Source of the DNA: Prorocentrum cordatum
Lineage: Eukaryota
Assembly: GCA_963575745.1 (NCBI GenBank)
Contig: CAUYUJ010000303.1
Location: forward strand, 1-64,000
DNA length: 64,000 bases
Direction of reading: 5' to 3'
Below are positions 35,335 through 47,900 of the stretch, one piece after another. Below the pieces are notes generated by a model, which searched no databases, had not been told where the DNA came from, and was given only the letters and a program-made list of their open reading frames with translations. How positions within the stretch are numbered: the first letter of the stretch is position 1; the number at the start of each line of letters is the position of its first letter. Position numbers and translations under genes: made by a program.

Positions 35335-37365
35335 AAACCTGGTGCGCGTGCGACGTCGCTCCGTTGGACCTCCCAGGAGCGCAAGAAAGTGCCGACGGTT
35401 TCGCAGCGCGCAGATCCCACTGACGGCGAGGTCTCACCCCAGCGTGAGAAAAAAACGTCATTCCGATGGACCCCCAGCAGCCCTCGAAATTGGCGACAGT
35501 TTCGCAGTTCGCAGCCCCCCGTAACGGAGAGGTCTCATTATGATGTGCGTAGGACGTCAGCATGTTGGACACCGTTGCAGTCTTCGAAACTTGCGACAGT
35601 TTCGCAGCTCGAACTCCTATTGACGGCGAGGTCGCGTTCTGGTGTGCGTAGGACGCCACTATGTTGGAGCCCCCGTTGGCCTTCGACAGCGGCGAAAGTC
35701 TCGCGGATCGCAGCCCCTGGTGACGGAGAGGTCCCTTGCGGATGTGCGTAGGACGTCGTTGTGTTGGACTTCCCAGGTGCCCACGAAAGCGGCGAACGTT
35801 TAGTAGCTTGCAGCCCCCAGGGACGGCGAGGTTTATTGAATCGCTTCGCTCATTCCGCCGGCCCGTGATATGGCATCGCTGGTTTTTGTCTGTGTGTTCG
35901 TTGCCCATGTTGCGCTCTTGGGGGTGGGTGTCGTTCGGACGCGATGCGTGGGGAGTTTTGATGGTGAAGCAGTTCCCTGGGGGTCGTCTCTCGATGGGGC
36001 GAAATAGAGTCGTCGTCAAGATGCTTCTTTGGGGGGCCTCTTGGGGTCTGTTGAGAGGCCGTTCGGGGGCGCCTGGGAGACATGTTTGAAGCCTTCTGGG
36101 GCTTCTTTTGGGCCTCCTGGGAGTCTCCTGGGGCCTCTTGGCGACATCTTGGGGCCTCTTGGAGGCCTCTTGGGGCCTCTTTGGGACCTCCTGGGCGCCT
36201 TCTGGGACGGAGGGCTCCATTTTTGAGTTCTCGGTATCCCTCCTGAGTCCCTCTTGGGCCCGTCTTGGGGCCTCTTGGTCCGTCTTGGGCGGCACTTGGG
36301 CCGTCTTGAGGGCTCTCTTGGGTCGTTTCGGCGCCGTCTTGGGAGCTTCGTGGGCCGTCTTGGAGCGGTCTTGGGGGCCTCTTGGGCCGTCTTGGAGCGT
36401 CCGGAAGCCGAAAAAGCCAGAACACAAAAAACATCGAAAAAACCAATGAAAATCAACGATTTTGGCCTCTTGGGGCTCTCTTCGGAGGCCTCTTGGAAGG
36501 CTCTTGGGGCGTCTTGGAGGCCTCTTGGGCTGTCTTGGGGGCCTTTTGGGCCGTCTTGGGGTCATCTTCGGCGTCTTCGAGCGCTCTTTGGGCGTCTCGG
36601 GGGCCTCTTGGGCAGTCTTGGGGGCCTCTTGGGGCACTCTGAGCGCGCTCTGGGGAGCCTGAGAGGCCGCACCCAGAAGGAAAACCATCTCTGAGTAGAC
36701 TTGGTCGGGCGGCGGTCGGGCGGCGGTCGGGCGGCGGTCGGGCGTTGGTCGGGGTACTTTTCGCCGGGTGACCCCCAGGGGCCGCCCCGCGCGCACGAAC
36801 TAGAAATACTGTTAATACTGTTAACCAGTTACCGGAGATCTTAGCACGCCCTGGCCCGTTGGGCCGGCGAATTTCTGATGTGCGCAGGACGTCGCTACGC
36901 TGGCCCCCCCCCAAGCAGACTTTGAAAATGGCGACGGTTTCGCAGTTCGCAGCCCCCAGTGGCGGCGAGGTCGCATTCTGATGTGCGCAGAACGTAACCA
37001 TGTTGGGCCCCAAGCGGCCTTCGACGGTTTCGCAGTTCGCAGGTCCCTCCCGGGGACGGCGAGATTTGTTGTGATGCGCGTGGGATGTCACAATGTGGGA
37101 GCCCCCCACCAGTCCTGGAAATTGGCGACAGTTTCGCAGCTTGCAGCCCCCAGTGAAGGAGAGGATTCATTCTGATGAGCGAGGGACGGAGAGGTCTCAT
37201 TCTGGTGCGCGTAGGACGTCACTATGTTGGATTTCAAAGAGACCTCGACATTGGTGACAGTTTCGCAGCTCGCAGCCCCTAGGGACGACGGGGTCTCATT
37301 CTGGTTTGCGTGAGACTTCAATGTGCTGGAGCCCCCAGCAGCCCTCGAAAGCGACGACAGTTCGC
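35335..37365. repeat. ~87-bp tandem satellite (GACAGTTTCGCAG..CGCAGCCCC..GACGGCGAGGTC..TTCTGATGTGCG) interrupted by an insertion at ~35836-36872
   Basis: About 6 units lie left of the insert and about 6 right of it; the unit resumes in phase at 36873. Confidence 0.85.
35836..36872 (-). mobile_element. Non-autonomous Helitron2/Helentron-like element carrying the GGGGCCTCTT satellite (family B)
   Basis: Asymmetric inverted repeats ATTCCGCCGGCCC (35852-35864) and GGGCCGGCG-AAT (36861-36872), hairpins at both ends, T-rich junctions and no obvious TSD. Confidence 0.65.
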
Positions 37366-37539
37366 GAGAACGCAACACAGGAGGGTTGATAATATGGCAG
37401 GGCGTAGGAGGCAGGAGGGAGAAGGAGGGGGAATGAGGACAGTTGTGGAGACCATTGTGCTCTAGTCAAAACGAGAACCCAACGCAAGAAGGCAGGGGAC
37501 AAAAAGACGTACATAGAGGGAGGAATAAGTGGGCGGCGT

Positions 37540-37722
37540 AGAGGAGGAGGAGGAGGAGGAGGAGGAGGAGGAGGAGGAGGAGGAGGAGGAGAAGCAGCAC
37601 GAGGATGAGGAGGAGGAGGAGGAAAAGGAGAACGACGAGGAGGATAATAAAGATGACGATGAGGATAATGACGACGACGACAAGGACGACGACGACGACG
37701 ACGACGACGACGACAGTGACGA
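37540..37722. repeat. (GAG)n/(GAC)n microsatellite
   Basis: Directly visible. Confidence 0.95.
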
Positions 37723-39855
37723 AGAGTACGAGCAGGGCGAGGCAAGAACCCCACCCCCTCCCTGCCCGCGCGTGCGCGCGCAGGCAGCGGAGCCAGGGAC
37801 CGCGGCGACCCTGACCGCCCCCGCGAGCGGGACCGGCGGCAGGACTTGCGCGGTCGCCTCGGTTCGGCGTGGGCCCGGTGTGCCCACATCTTCTCGTCCG
37901 TATCGGCACTCTGTGACCGCCCGCTCCTCGCCCAGCACCCGCTCTGCCGATCGGCGGCAGTGCATCAGCCTCGGAGGAGGGAGGGCCCACTGGGCCGAGG
38001 AAGGGGGCGACGCAGCCGAGAGAGGTCGGCTACCCCCCGAGAGAGGTCGGCTACCCCCTCGTGGTGTTGGCCAGGTCCTTTCAAAAGCAGTTCAGAACTC
38101 ATTTGGAAAAAAATATCTCGATCCGCACCTTCGCGTGGAAGACGCCGGCGATGGCCCCGCGCAGGCCGCGCATTCACTCCTGGCTGCGGGCGCGCGTGGA
38201 GCTTTCAACCGTCTCCGCGCAATTCGCTCGCCGATTACGTCTTTGCCCCCTCCGGGGTTGAGCACACTGCCATTGTGGCCGTGAGCCCTACCGCGGCGAC
38301 AGGCGGCCTTTTCCGAGGCTGTGGCATCATCGTTGCCGCCTCGGTGGACGCCGTCGTGACCCCGCGCCCGCCCGAGCCCGGGGCCCGCACCGACGTGCAC
38401 GCGCGCCAGCGCTGCCTTCTCCTAGACGCGCTGGGAAGTTTCCATCGGCAAGCGCCATCTCGGCCGCACCGGCGGTGCCAAGCCAGCGGGGCCGCTCTGC
38501 GCGCGAGCTGGCGCGTGCCAGCGCGGCCGCAGGGACTCGCGAGCTAGTGCCAAGGACATCCGCAAGTGTGGCCTCATGCGCAGTTCAACATGTTGCGGGT
38601 GTAAGGGTGGGATGTTTTCGCGAGCGGTGGATTTGACGATTCACGGCCCATAGCCTGCACATGGCTTTGACTTGAATCGAGTGCATCCTATACAATGCAG
38701 AATGCAACACATTTGGTGCGCTCGACAATTGCATCGTGTAGCTTGCAATACAATACTTGGATCTCGTCAGCGTTCACCACACAGTTTGCAAGGCGTACCT
38801 AAGTGTCCCGTACAACGCAGGCTGTACCCCCATAGATTGTGACACACCAGTTGTATCGCGAAACATGCAACACGTGGATTGCTTCCCGTAGGCTGCGCAT
38901 AATAGTTTGAAACGCACGTGTTGAATTACAAACAAGAGTGGGCACTCAAAGGACAATAACACATTGTTTTGGGCTCGCGCTGTCAGCCATCTGGTCCGGG
39001 ATATCCAAATGATTAGTAAGGGTGGCGATGCAGTGGAGATGTGCGAAGTATATATCGACGGTTGTGGACACAGCTTCACCCACACCGTTGGCGCAATATT
39101 GCGGCGACGATGTCAAGTTGACATATTGTATTATGTCATTGTGCATGGTGTTTTTGCCCCGCGGGGACAATCCACCCTCCTTCCCCGTCCTCCATGTGTT
39201 CACACATCCTTTTCTCAGCGCCGATGGGAAGATGGGTATGCCTTCGGATGTGAGGTGGGAGCATTATGAAGAGGGAGGGCGGGAAAAGGTGAGGTGAGGA
39301 GACGGAAGAGGAGGACAGGGTAAAGAGGAAGAAGAGGATCGAGAAACCGAGAGAGTATGAAGACAAGTGAAGGATGGTAAGGGCTCGGTAAGGGTAGGGA
39401 AGGGAGGCTATACAGTTATATCTCTCCCGTTCTGCCCCGTCCCCCCCGAACGATTATCCTCCTTCCATCTCCCCGCTCCACCTCTCCTTTCTCTCCGTTC
39501 CTCTCCCCTCCACCGACCATCTCCCCCCCCCCACCAGCCGTCCTCCTTTCCCCTTGCCATCAAAATGCCCATCGGACATCCTAAAGCCCATTCCGACCAG
39601 GAACTCGATGCGGTCCAGCTTTGGCGACGAGAGACCGCCGGGAGGCCGAGCGCACGCCCTCCTTGGAGGCCGATACAGCATCTCTCCCCCTTCCAGCGAT
39701 TAGGGAGGGAAGAGGAAAGGAAAACCCCTGGAGAGAGGCCCGCTTAACGGACAGGCGACGGGAGGGATTTCTCCCCCTCACCCATTCCTCTTCCATTCCT
39801 TTCCGTTCTCCTCCTCTCCCTCCCATCCAACTCCCCCTCTTCCACTCCTCCCTCC

Positions 39856-42047
39856 GTGAAGGGGCCCTTCGCCGCGGTCAGGCTCTCCCTCGAGCGCGTA
39901 GGCTGGCAGATCATCGACGGCAGCACCTGGCTCACGCACTGCGGCGACTGCATCTGCATCTTCGAGACCTCGCCCTGGGTCATCAAGCGCCTCCTCTGGA
40001 TGGCGGTGGAGGCGTGGCAGTGGCGACAGGTCGGGCAGCGGCCTGGTCTTGCCCACCTGGCTGATGGGGGCATCCTTGAGCCCATCGTCAGGCTCACCAA
40101 CGCGGGGGCGGTGCAGCGCAAAGGGTTTTTCGGCCGACAGGTGAACTACGTCGACGGTGACGCTGATGCCGCCACTCCTCGGCCTGTCGTTCGACCTGCT
40201 GTGCCCACTGAGGTGGCGGCGCTGCCTTTGGGCAATGGTGTAGAGGCTGGCTCTGCTGCGTGCGGCCTTTCTGGTCCAGCTCTGGCTTGCGTGCTGGGAA
40301 CGGGCTACCTAGCGGTGGAGGCCAGCGCCGCTAATCTACAAGCTGCGCGCGCTGAAGCTGGAGATGGATGGGGTGACCTCATCAACGACCTGCTCGGCCA
40401 GGTGGCGCCTGACCCCCCGCCGCGACCAGACCCAGAGGGCAGAGCACCGCTCGGACCTGGGCTGCCTGCTGGAGACGCTGGAGCTGGGGCCTGCCCAAGC
40501 GTCGCGTCTCCACGGCAAGGTGTGTCGACGGTTCCTCAGGGTGGGCTGGCGGATGCTGCCCTTAATGACGCCGCTCCCCCGAGTGGCGCGCCTCGAGGAG
40601 CTACGGGACCCACACCCAATGCCGGTGGCGCGACGCCCGCTCAGAAGGCTAAGGCGATCCGACTCGCGCCCAATGAGTGCGGCTACCTCGCCTCGGTTAT
40701 CGTGGACGGCCAGTGGCCTCAGCGCCGCAAGTACCTGAATGGCTACGCCGCGGACGACAAGTGCTTGCTGTGCGGCGACGTCGGCACGCTGCTGCACAGA
40801 CACACGTGCTGCGGTGGATGGCCGCCTGAGCTGAGGCTGCACAGCAAGATCCGCGAGCTGGCGAGCAGGGCCGTGCTCGAGGAGGTGGAGTGCCTGCTGG
40901 AGCGCGTGCTGTGGCCTGCGCCCCGCGGCATCATCAAGCCGCCTCGGCCTCCTGGGCTCAGCTGGCTGGGCCAAGACGTTGGCGGCATGTTGCCGCCTGG
41001 CGACGTGTACCTGGACGGGTCCGCCTACGAGATCGATTTCCAGCAGTACACGAGCGTCGGCTGGGCTGCGGTGGTGCTGCAGGAGGGCGCGGACGCCTTC
41101 CGCACGGGCATCTCGGGCACGCTGTGCGAGCCCTTCGCCGACATCAGCGGTGGTGAGTTGGCTGCGCTCATCGGCACGCTGCGCCACGCCGTGCCGCCCG
41201 TCAGGACCATCGTCGACTCGAACTTCGTGTTCAAGGGTGTGATGGAGCACGGGCCGCTGAACACGACGCGCTGGGGCTACGCGTGGGCCCACCTCTGGCG
41301 TGAGCTCTGGAGGCTCGTCGAGGACTCTGGGGGGATAGGCCCGCAGGGCCTGACCCTCAAGAAGGTACCTGCGCACGTCCCGAGCCGCCGTGTGGTTGAC
41401 GAAGGCATCATCACCGTTCGCGACTGGATCGGCCACCGCATCGCTGACCAGGCCGCGAAGCGCGCGGCCGAGCGCGCGAGAGTCGCGCCTGAGGCCCGCC
41501 AACGCCTGCAGTCGGCACGGGAGCTGGTCGAGGGTGTGGCCATGTGGGTCTCCGCGGTTGGGGCCGCCGTGGGCGGGGACGACACCACCCACCGCGCGGC
41601 GAAGCCCAACAAGGCAGCCCCACGAGCAGCGCTGCAGCCCGCTGCTGCCAGGCTCGGCTGCGACCTCCGTGGGCCGCCTGGAGCGAGTGCCCTGGCTCGA
41701 TTGTGACGTCCGCCCTGGACCACAATAGGAAGCTGCGGGCGCAGGGCGCCTTGGCGCACGTCATCGTGAAGATCGAGCCGCAGATCGAGTCCCAGCTGCA
41801 GCGCGAGATGCCGCTGCTGGCCTGCCTTGTCTGCGGGGCCACGGGCGCGGCGAGGAGCTCGTCATTTCCCCGTGCCTGCGGGGAGTCTGGTGCCAAGGGC
41901 AAGCTGGCGATCGCCCGCCTGGCAAAAGGCTTCGCGCCAGGCGCCGCTGGCCGTGTGGCCATCAAGATCGTGCAGCTCGGCAACCACGGCTTCGAGGACG
42001 GCGACTCGGTCATCGACGGCGACGTCCTCGAAGGGCCGCGGCCCTGA
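39856..42047 (+). mobile_element. 5'-truncated, well-preserved LINE ORF2 (zinc finger, RNase H, C-terminal Cys motif)
   Basis: A 616-codon open frame contains CLLCGDVGTLLHRHTCC, VYLDGS, GWAAVV, GELAAL, IVDS, LWRELW, KVPAH and GHRIAD. After a frameshift comes LACLVCGATG...C, ending at stop 42047. Confidence 0.9.
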
Positions 42048-42534
42048 GGCGCGCGCGGGGGGAGGCTGCACCACATCCCCGCGCGCGCCCTTGGCGGCGG
42101 CGAGCTGCTGTACGTCGCGGTCGGCCTCGGCGTCCGCGAGCGGGTCTTCTGACCCATGCCCGAGCGCGTGGGGCGCGCTCGGGCGCCAGCGCGGCCGTAC
42201 GCCCGCGCTGATGCGCGCGCATCATCCCTCGTGCTCCACATCCTACGTACTCCTCTCCCCTTTTGCCCTCCGCGCCATCCCTTTCTCCCAGCCACCTCCT
42301 CCTCCCATGCCTCCTGGTCCTCCTCCCCCTCCCCTGCCTCCTCCCCTGCCTCCTCCCCCTCCTCCCCCTCCTCCGTAGACATCTTGAATCGAGCCCTGTC
42401 GGCCCGAGTTGTCTCGGGGGTCGGCGCGCGCATTTCGAAGGGGCTCGGCGCGTCGGAGCCTGGCGCGAGGCGAAGCCACGGCGGCTGCATGGAGGCTGCG
42501 GCGGCTCGCCGTGTAACCCTGCAGGTTCGTCAGC

Positions 42535-42715
42535 CTGGGTAGTCGAAGGCCAGACTGTCAGATTGGATTGGGCCCCAAGGGCCAATCTGGCTTGGCCATA
42601 TTGGAGGATTTGGGTTATTCGCCAGACTGGATTCGCGTTGGCTCCCTCGTCAGATTGCCCCCGTTTGCCAAATTGGGCCTGCCAGATTGGCGCCAGATTG
42701 GCTTCGACTACCCAG
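42535..42715. mobile_element. 181-bp MITE (CTGGGTAGTCGAAG TIR), copy 1
   Basis: TIR CTGGGTAGTCGAAG / CTTCGACTACCCAG, 5-bp TSD TCAGC, internal CCAGATTGG subrepeats. Confidence 0.92.
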
Positions 42716-44674
42716 TCAGCGCATCTGGTGGGCGGGCTGGCGGACGTTTCATGCTGCTCGTGGTGGGGCAGGTCGCCCGGCTCTCACGGGAAGTGTTGGT
42801 TCGCGAGTCGTCGGTTTTTGTTTGTGTCGCGGGGAGCGTCGAGGAATTGGAGGATGCTTGGTGGCTCGGCCGCGGATATTCGTCTGGTGATCCAACCGCT
42901 CTTCATGTGACATGTGTGATGCTTGATCTGTTCGGGGACCCGTTCGGAGGCCCAGGATACTCGTTCGTCGTGGACGTAGAGTAGACCTGAAAGGTCTTTG
43001 TTGTCTGAGGTTGGGGAGGCGATGTCGAGGGTGGACTCCCTCCCTGGGCGGGGCCTCATCTGGTATTGGCCTCCCTTGCGTTCGGGGGGAAGCTGTAACC
43101 AAGAGGGAGCTTCTGTGCCCTTGTCGCACTCTGCCCTCATTCCGCGGGATGCGAGTGAGCTTCGCTCCATCTTCTATTTCAGCCTATACCAACCACCTGG
43201 ATGATGAGGAGGAGGAGGAGGAGGAGGAGGAGGAGGAGGAGGAGGAGGAGGAGGAGGAACCCTTGGAGAGGCCCACATTGAGGGCGCAGCAGACTCCGCC
43301 CCGCCGATGGCCGCCGACTGCCGAAGACGACGGCGACGACAACAACGACTCTTGTGGCGGCGAACGCCCCGCCGCCGCCCCGCCGAGGACAGGGACGCCG
43401 ACAGGCGCCGCCCCGCCGAGGACAGGGACGCCGACAGGCGCCGCGAGCCAGACAGGGGCAGGGACGACCGCCGTCGCGCAGGCGCCTCCCGCAGCTCGCA
43501 GCTGCCGTCGCGTCGTCGACGCCGCCGTCGCCGCCGTGTGCGACACCGCCTCGTTGCCCGCCGCCGCCGCCCGTGGCCGTCGCCAGCCGTGGCCTGTCGT
43601 CATCGCCCATCGTCGCCGCCCGTCGTCGTCGCCGCCGCCGTCGCCACCGTGGTGGGCGCTCGTTGCTCGTTGTCGTCGACCGTCGTCGGACGATCCGGGG
43701 TGGAATCCCCGCAGCTCCCTCGGTGCAGTCAGGGGTGTCGAAGCGTTTGCCGTGGGGGGTTCAGGGATGTTTGGCGCGCAGAGGGTCGTCTGTCTTTCTC
43801 CCGACGATGTTGCCCTCGGAAGGGTCTTGTGTCCTCTCGCGTGTCCTGTCCAATCAAGGCCGACTGTATTGACAACGCGTCCTCTCCGCTCATCCCCCCT
43901 CCCCGCGCTCCCCTTTTCCCTCGTCATCGTGCACCTTTGCGCCACGTCACCGCCGTCGTCGGCCCGGGCTGCGACGTGGGCGACGTCGACGGCGGCGGCG
44001 ACGGCGGCGGCGACGGCGGTGGCGGCAGTGGCCGTGGCGGCGGCGCGGCGCGCCAGACCGCGACCGCGGCGCCCCACCGGAGCGCGAGCGGGACCGCGGC
44101 ACCCCGGCGGAGCGTGAGCGGGAGCGCGAGCGGAGACTTGGCGACCGGGATCGGCGCCGAGATTACAGGCGCGGCGCCACGCACGCGCGCGCTCGCGCGT
44201 GAGCGATGCGGTGCCGCCAGCGCCGACGGTGACTCTCAAGAACGACAACGGCGGCAGCGTCGACTTTGGCGATGGTTTTGACGGCGACGTCGCTGACGGG
44301 GCCGCCGACGCCACCGACGCCGCCTCCGTCGAAGAAACCAGCGCTCAGAACAACGACGACGGCGGCGGCGGGGGGGGTCTAGGGCGCTCTGGGTGGTTTC
44401 GGCTGCTGGGGGGGAGGGGTGGAGGTGGAAGGATGAGGAGCTTGGTCGATATGGGGCGCAATGAGGAGCATGGCTAGGTATAAGGCACGAGGGCAGTCCT
44501 GTGATGCTGTATTGTGAAATTGCTTGCGTGTTTCAGGGGCCTGTGGAGTTTTAGATTTTGCGGAAGGCTCTCGAAGGATGGTTTTCCCCAACCATCTTGT
44601 GGCGTTGGCTTCACGTTGTGAAGAGACAGTGCCCCGCGTCGTTATTATTCTTCCTGCTGCCTGCCCCTCTCACC

Positions 44675-44935
44675 CCATCATCATCAGCATCATCAGCATC
44701 ACCATCAGTATCAATTTCATCATCACTATCGTCATCATCATTATTCTTATTTCAATTATTATTAGTAGTAGCATTATCACGATTACTAGTATTATCAATA
44801 CTAGTACTAGTATTATGATTATTTTTTCGTATTATCGCCATAATCATCATCGTCACCATCATCATCATCATCATCATCATCATTATCATCAACAGCATCA
44901 TCATCATCATCATCATCAGCAGCAGCACTATCATC

Positions 44936-44967
<32 letters not shown>

Positions 44968-45015
44968 CATCATCATTATAATCATCATGTCCATCACCAG
45001 CATCACCATCAACAT
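44675..45015. repeat. (CAT/TAT/TAG)n microsatellite
   Basis: Directly visible. Confidence 0.95.
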
Positions 45016-45849
45016 CCGTGGCGATTGTGGGTCAACTTCGAAACCAGAAGCCTGTGGCTTCGAGCTTGATCGCAACCAGAGGCGTGGCTCAACAGCCGTG
45101 GCCAAAAGGGGGCTGTTGATCCACCCTATTTCATCCAGCGCGCGCGTTCCTGCACCCCGTCCTCTCCTCTGACTGCCTGCAGCCACGGCTGTCGATTTTG
45201 CGAATTTTACAGGAGATGCGTGCACCATCAGGAGACAGGACTGATGCTCGACTACAAGACTTCGGGGATCATCCGTTCGGGTGACATCCGTTCGGGCGCG
45301 TCGACAAGCACCCCAGGTGAAGGGCGCAGATTTTGCTCAAAGATGCAAATCGGTTCCCCGCTCACGGTTTCAAGGGTTTTTTCTCGCAGTATTTCGAGCG
45401 AGTTGCTTTGGACTTGGACATCACTTCGAAGAGTGTCACAAAGACAGCAGGAGGACTGGTGCGTATCCGCGCATGATCTTCATGAGGAAATCACGTTCGA
45501 CTCGTCGTGGCGCCGGAACTCTCTGACAACTTTTTAGGAAGTTCAATGACCAGCTGACCAGTCCTCGGGTCCCTGCTGACGGGTAGCCCGGTCGCGTTCG
45601 CTGTAATCTTCCTCAGCGCCGTCTGTTTCTCTTCAATAGGTTTAAGGTTCGTCATGCCGCCCTGGAAGATCCGAGCAAGCAGGGTCTTCTGCTGCATCCG
45701 AACGAGGTCTGTGGGGGTGTCTTTGGGCTTCGTTTCAGGGAGGACCCCGCCCCGCTGTTTCATCTCACTTGCTGCCCGCAGAATTAACAGGTCGCTCGCG
45801 TGTCCCAGGATGATGATAGGGCCCGCGCGCACGGGCTCAAGCCTGGTGC

Positions 45850-47900
45850 GCAGAAGTTCCGGAATGAGTTTGAAACGTTTCCCTCGCGCCCTGTTCGGGG
45901 ATGAGGCAGACGGGTTAGTTTGTTATAGTTCTGATTTGGCGTTGGGCCCAGCTTTGTAAAGAAATGTTTGACGCGGAGGGCTCGACCTCTGGCTGCAGTT
46001 CAGCCAGTTGCTCTCGTCCGCTTCTCTCCGACTCTTGTTCGCAGAAGGGCAGCGCCCTGTCGTTGTTCTGGGAAGCGTTTTTTACTTGAGATTCGCTGGC
46101 CTGGGCACTGCGGCGACGGCTCTGGATGGCGCCGCAGGGACCGGCACCTGCATGAACACCATGTTCGGGAATATCTTCGCTGGGCAGACATGCGCCGACC
46201 TAATCCGACTCGTCGATCGATGCACACTGGGGCGCTGTTACACGCGCGTCCTCCTGACCGTATTTATCTCGGCCAACGTGATTGTCATCCGCTCCGCTAC
46301 GTCTACCGCATGCCACGGTATCGGCCAGGCGAATATGTCGGGCCATATTGCGGCGTTTGCTTTGTGCTGGGCGGATTCGCGCCCGGGCCCCCGCGCAGAG
46401 CTCGAACTCCCAGTGGAAGATCTGGGCATGCCAGCCCCCGTTCGATCGGATCGCTCCGGCGAAGAAGTGCGCGCGGAAGGCCCGTGCCCAAACGAAGAAA
46501 CAGATGGCCAGTGCGTTGGTTGCCAAGGTCGCTGAGGAGATTCACCGCGCTCTCGCGGCATCGCGGGGGGCGCGCGATCCGAACCTCCAGAGAGTCCCCC
46601 CCGCCCCTCGCCGCTACCTGTCGTTCGCTTGGTTCATTGGTCTCGACGCTGGTCATTCCCGTTCCCCCCCGAACCTCTGCGGCCGCGCCCAGCCTCTGCA
46701 GCGCGATCGCATGAGCCAGAATGGATTAGGGGGCAGATCAGGAGTCCGAGGCTGAAGCGGGGGCCTATCTTTGAGCCGGGATCCAGTGGCATCGCGAGTT
46801 GTGGCGTCAATTGAACAAGCGGATCTTTTCGAGCTCGATTTTGTTTCCGCGGGCGCTTTCCTCTTGCCCCCGGGCGCCCGCAGAGGCGCGCGCGAGCGCG
46901 CCGTTCCGCGTTCAATCGCGGGGCCCATCAGTGCGACGAAACCTGCTGACCTCACCTGGGTGGCGGCGTGGCAAGCGCAACAGGGGGCGCAATGGATCAC
47001 TGGCTCGTGGGCGCTGATGATCTCGAGGGGGCGTGTCATGGCCGGGGGAGATCTGTGCCCAGTGCAGATTGCATTGTGTACTCTTGCAGAAAAGCCCCCG
47101 CCCCCGTGGCAACTCCCCATGATCTTTGCCGTCTCCTACTCGAGTGGGGGGGGGGCTGCCGCCGCGCGAGAGATGATTCTGGTCTGCGTTGCTGAGATTG
47201 ACCAACCCACGGATCTCACTCCCCCCCCGTCTCTTCCACCTTGCGCCTGCCGTCTTTCTGCAATTGCTGACGTGGGCTGCCGGATTGCGTCGCTGGCGTT
47301 CTCTTAGAGGTCGCTGTTGCAGCTCGCGACGCGGTTCCCAACCTTCAGGCGCGCTTGGACGGGCGGCCCATGATTGATCATATTCTGGAGGATGGAGCTA
47401 GGGGGCTGCGACGCCGCATGACTGGGGGGGCCCGTGGGATTGCAGTTTGTTTTGTTTTGTTTGCTGACGCGCTCTAGTCGAAGAGCTCTGGGGGCGTCTG
47501 GCTCGGCTGCGCGCGGCGGCGCCGCGTCGAGCTCCAGGGGGGCGCACGGGGCAACCTAGCGCGCATCTCTTCGCCCCCGCGCCCGCCCCGCGCAGCCGAT
47601 GGTCGGCCATTAGACTTCCGCGACAGATCTTGGAATGCCCCATGATGTATGGCTTGGGCTTCGGAATGTTGCCCAGGAGCTGCCAATTTTCTTTTTCCTG
47701 TTTGGATGTTGGGTGCTGGCCTTGGGCTTCGGCTTGATCTCGGGATGCTCGCGCTGAGGCATTGCTGCGCCCCTCCGAACGGTTCGGGATGCACGGCGTC
47801 TCTGGGAATATTCTGGGAACGACGCCGAGGACGTCCCAGTCTATCGTCATGCGAGGTACCTGGGAGTCCATATCGGGCCAAATTGATGGGGCGCTGCCTA
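45850..47900 (-). mobile_element. Possible highly decayed DIRS-type RT/RNase H remnant
   Basis: Scattered minus-strand motifs in plausible order: GGGFSARVHNAICTGHRS (~47080), ITLAEINTV (~46270), KRFPEQRQGAALLR (~46060), QIRTITN*PVCL (~45920). Weak evidence. Confidence 0.35.

Noticed and set aside
42720..43200. Copia-like RT fragment (DLSGLLYVHD on the minus strand)
   Set aside because: A single weak motif with no supporting blocks.
46710..46730. Minus-strand SL-like match (16/21)
   Set aside because: Plausible by chance in a window this size, with no supporting boundary.
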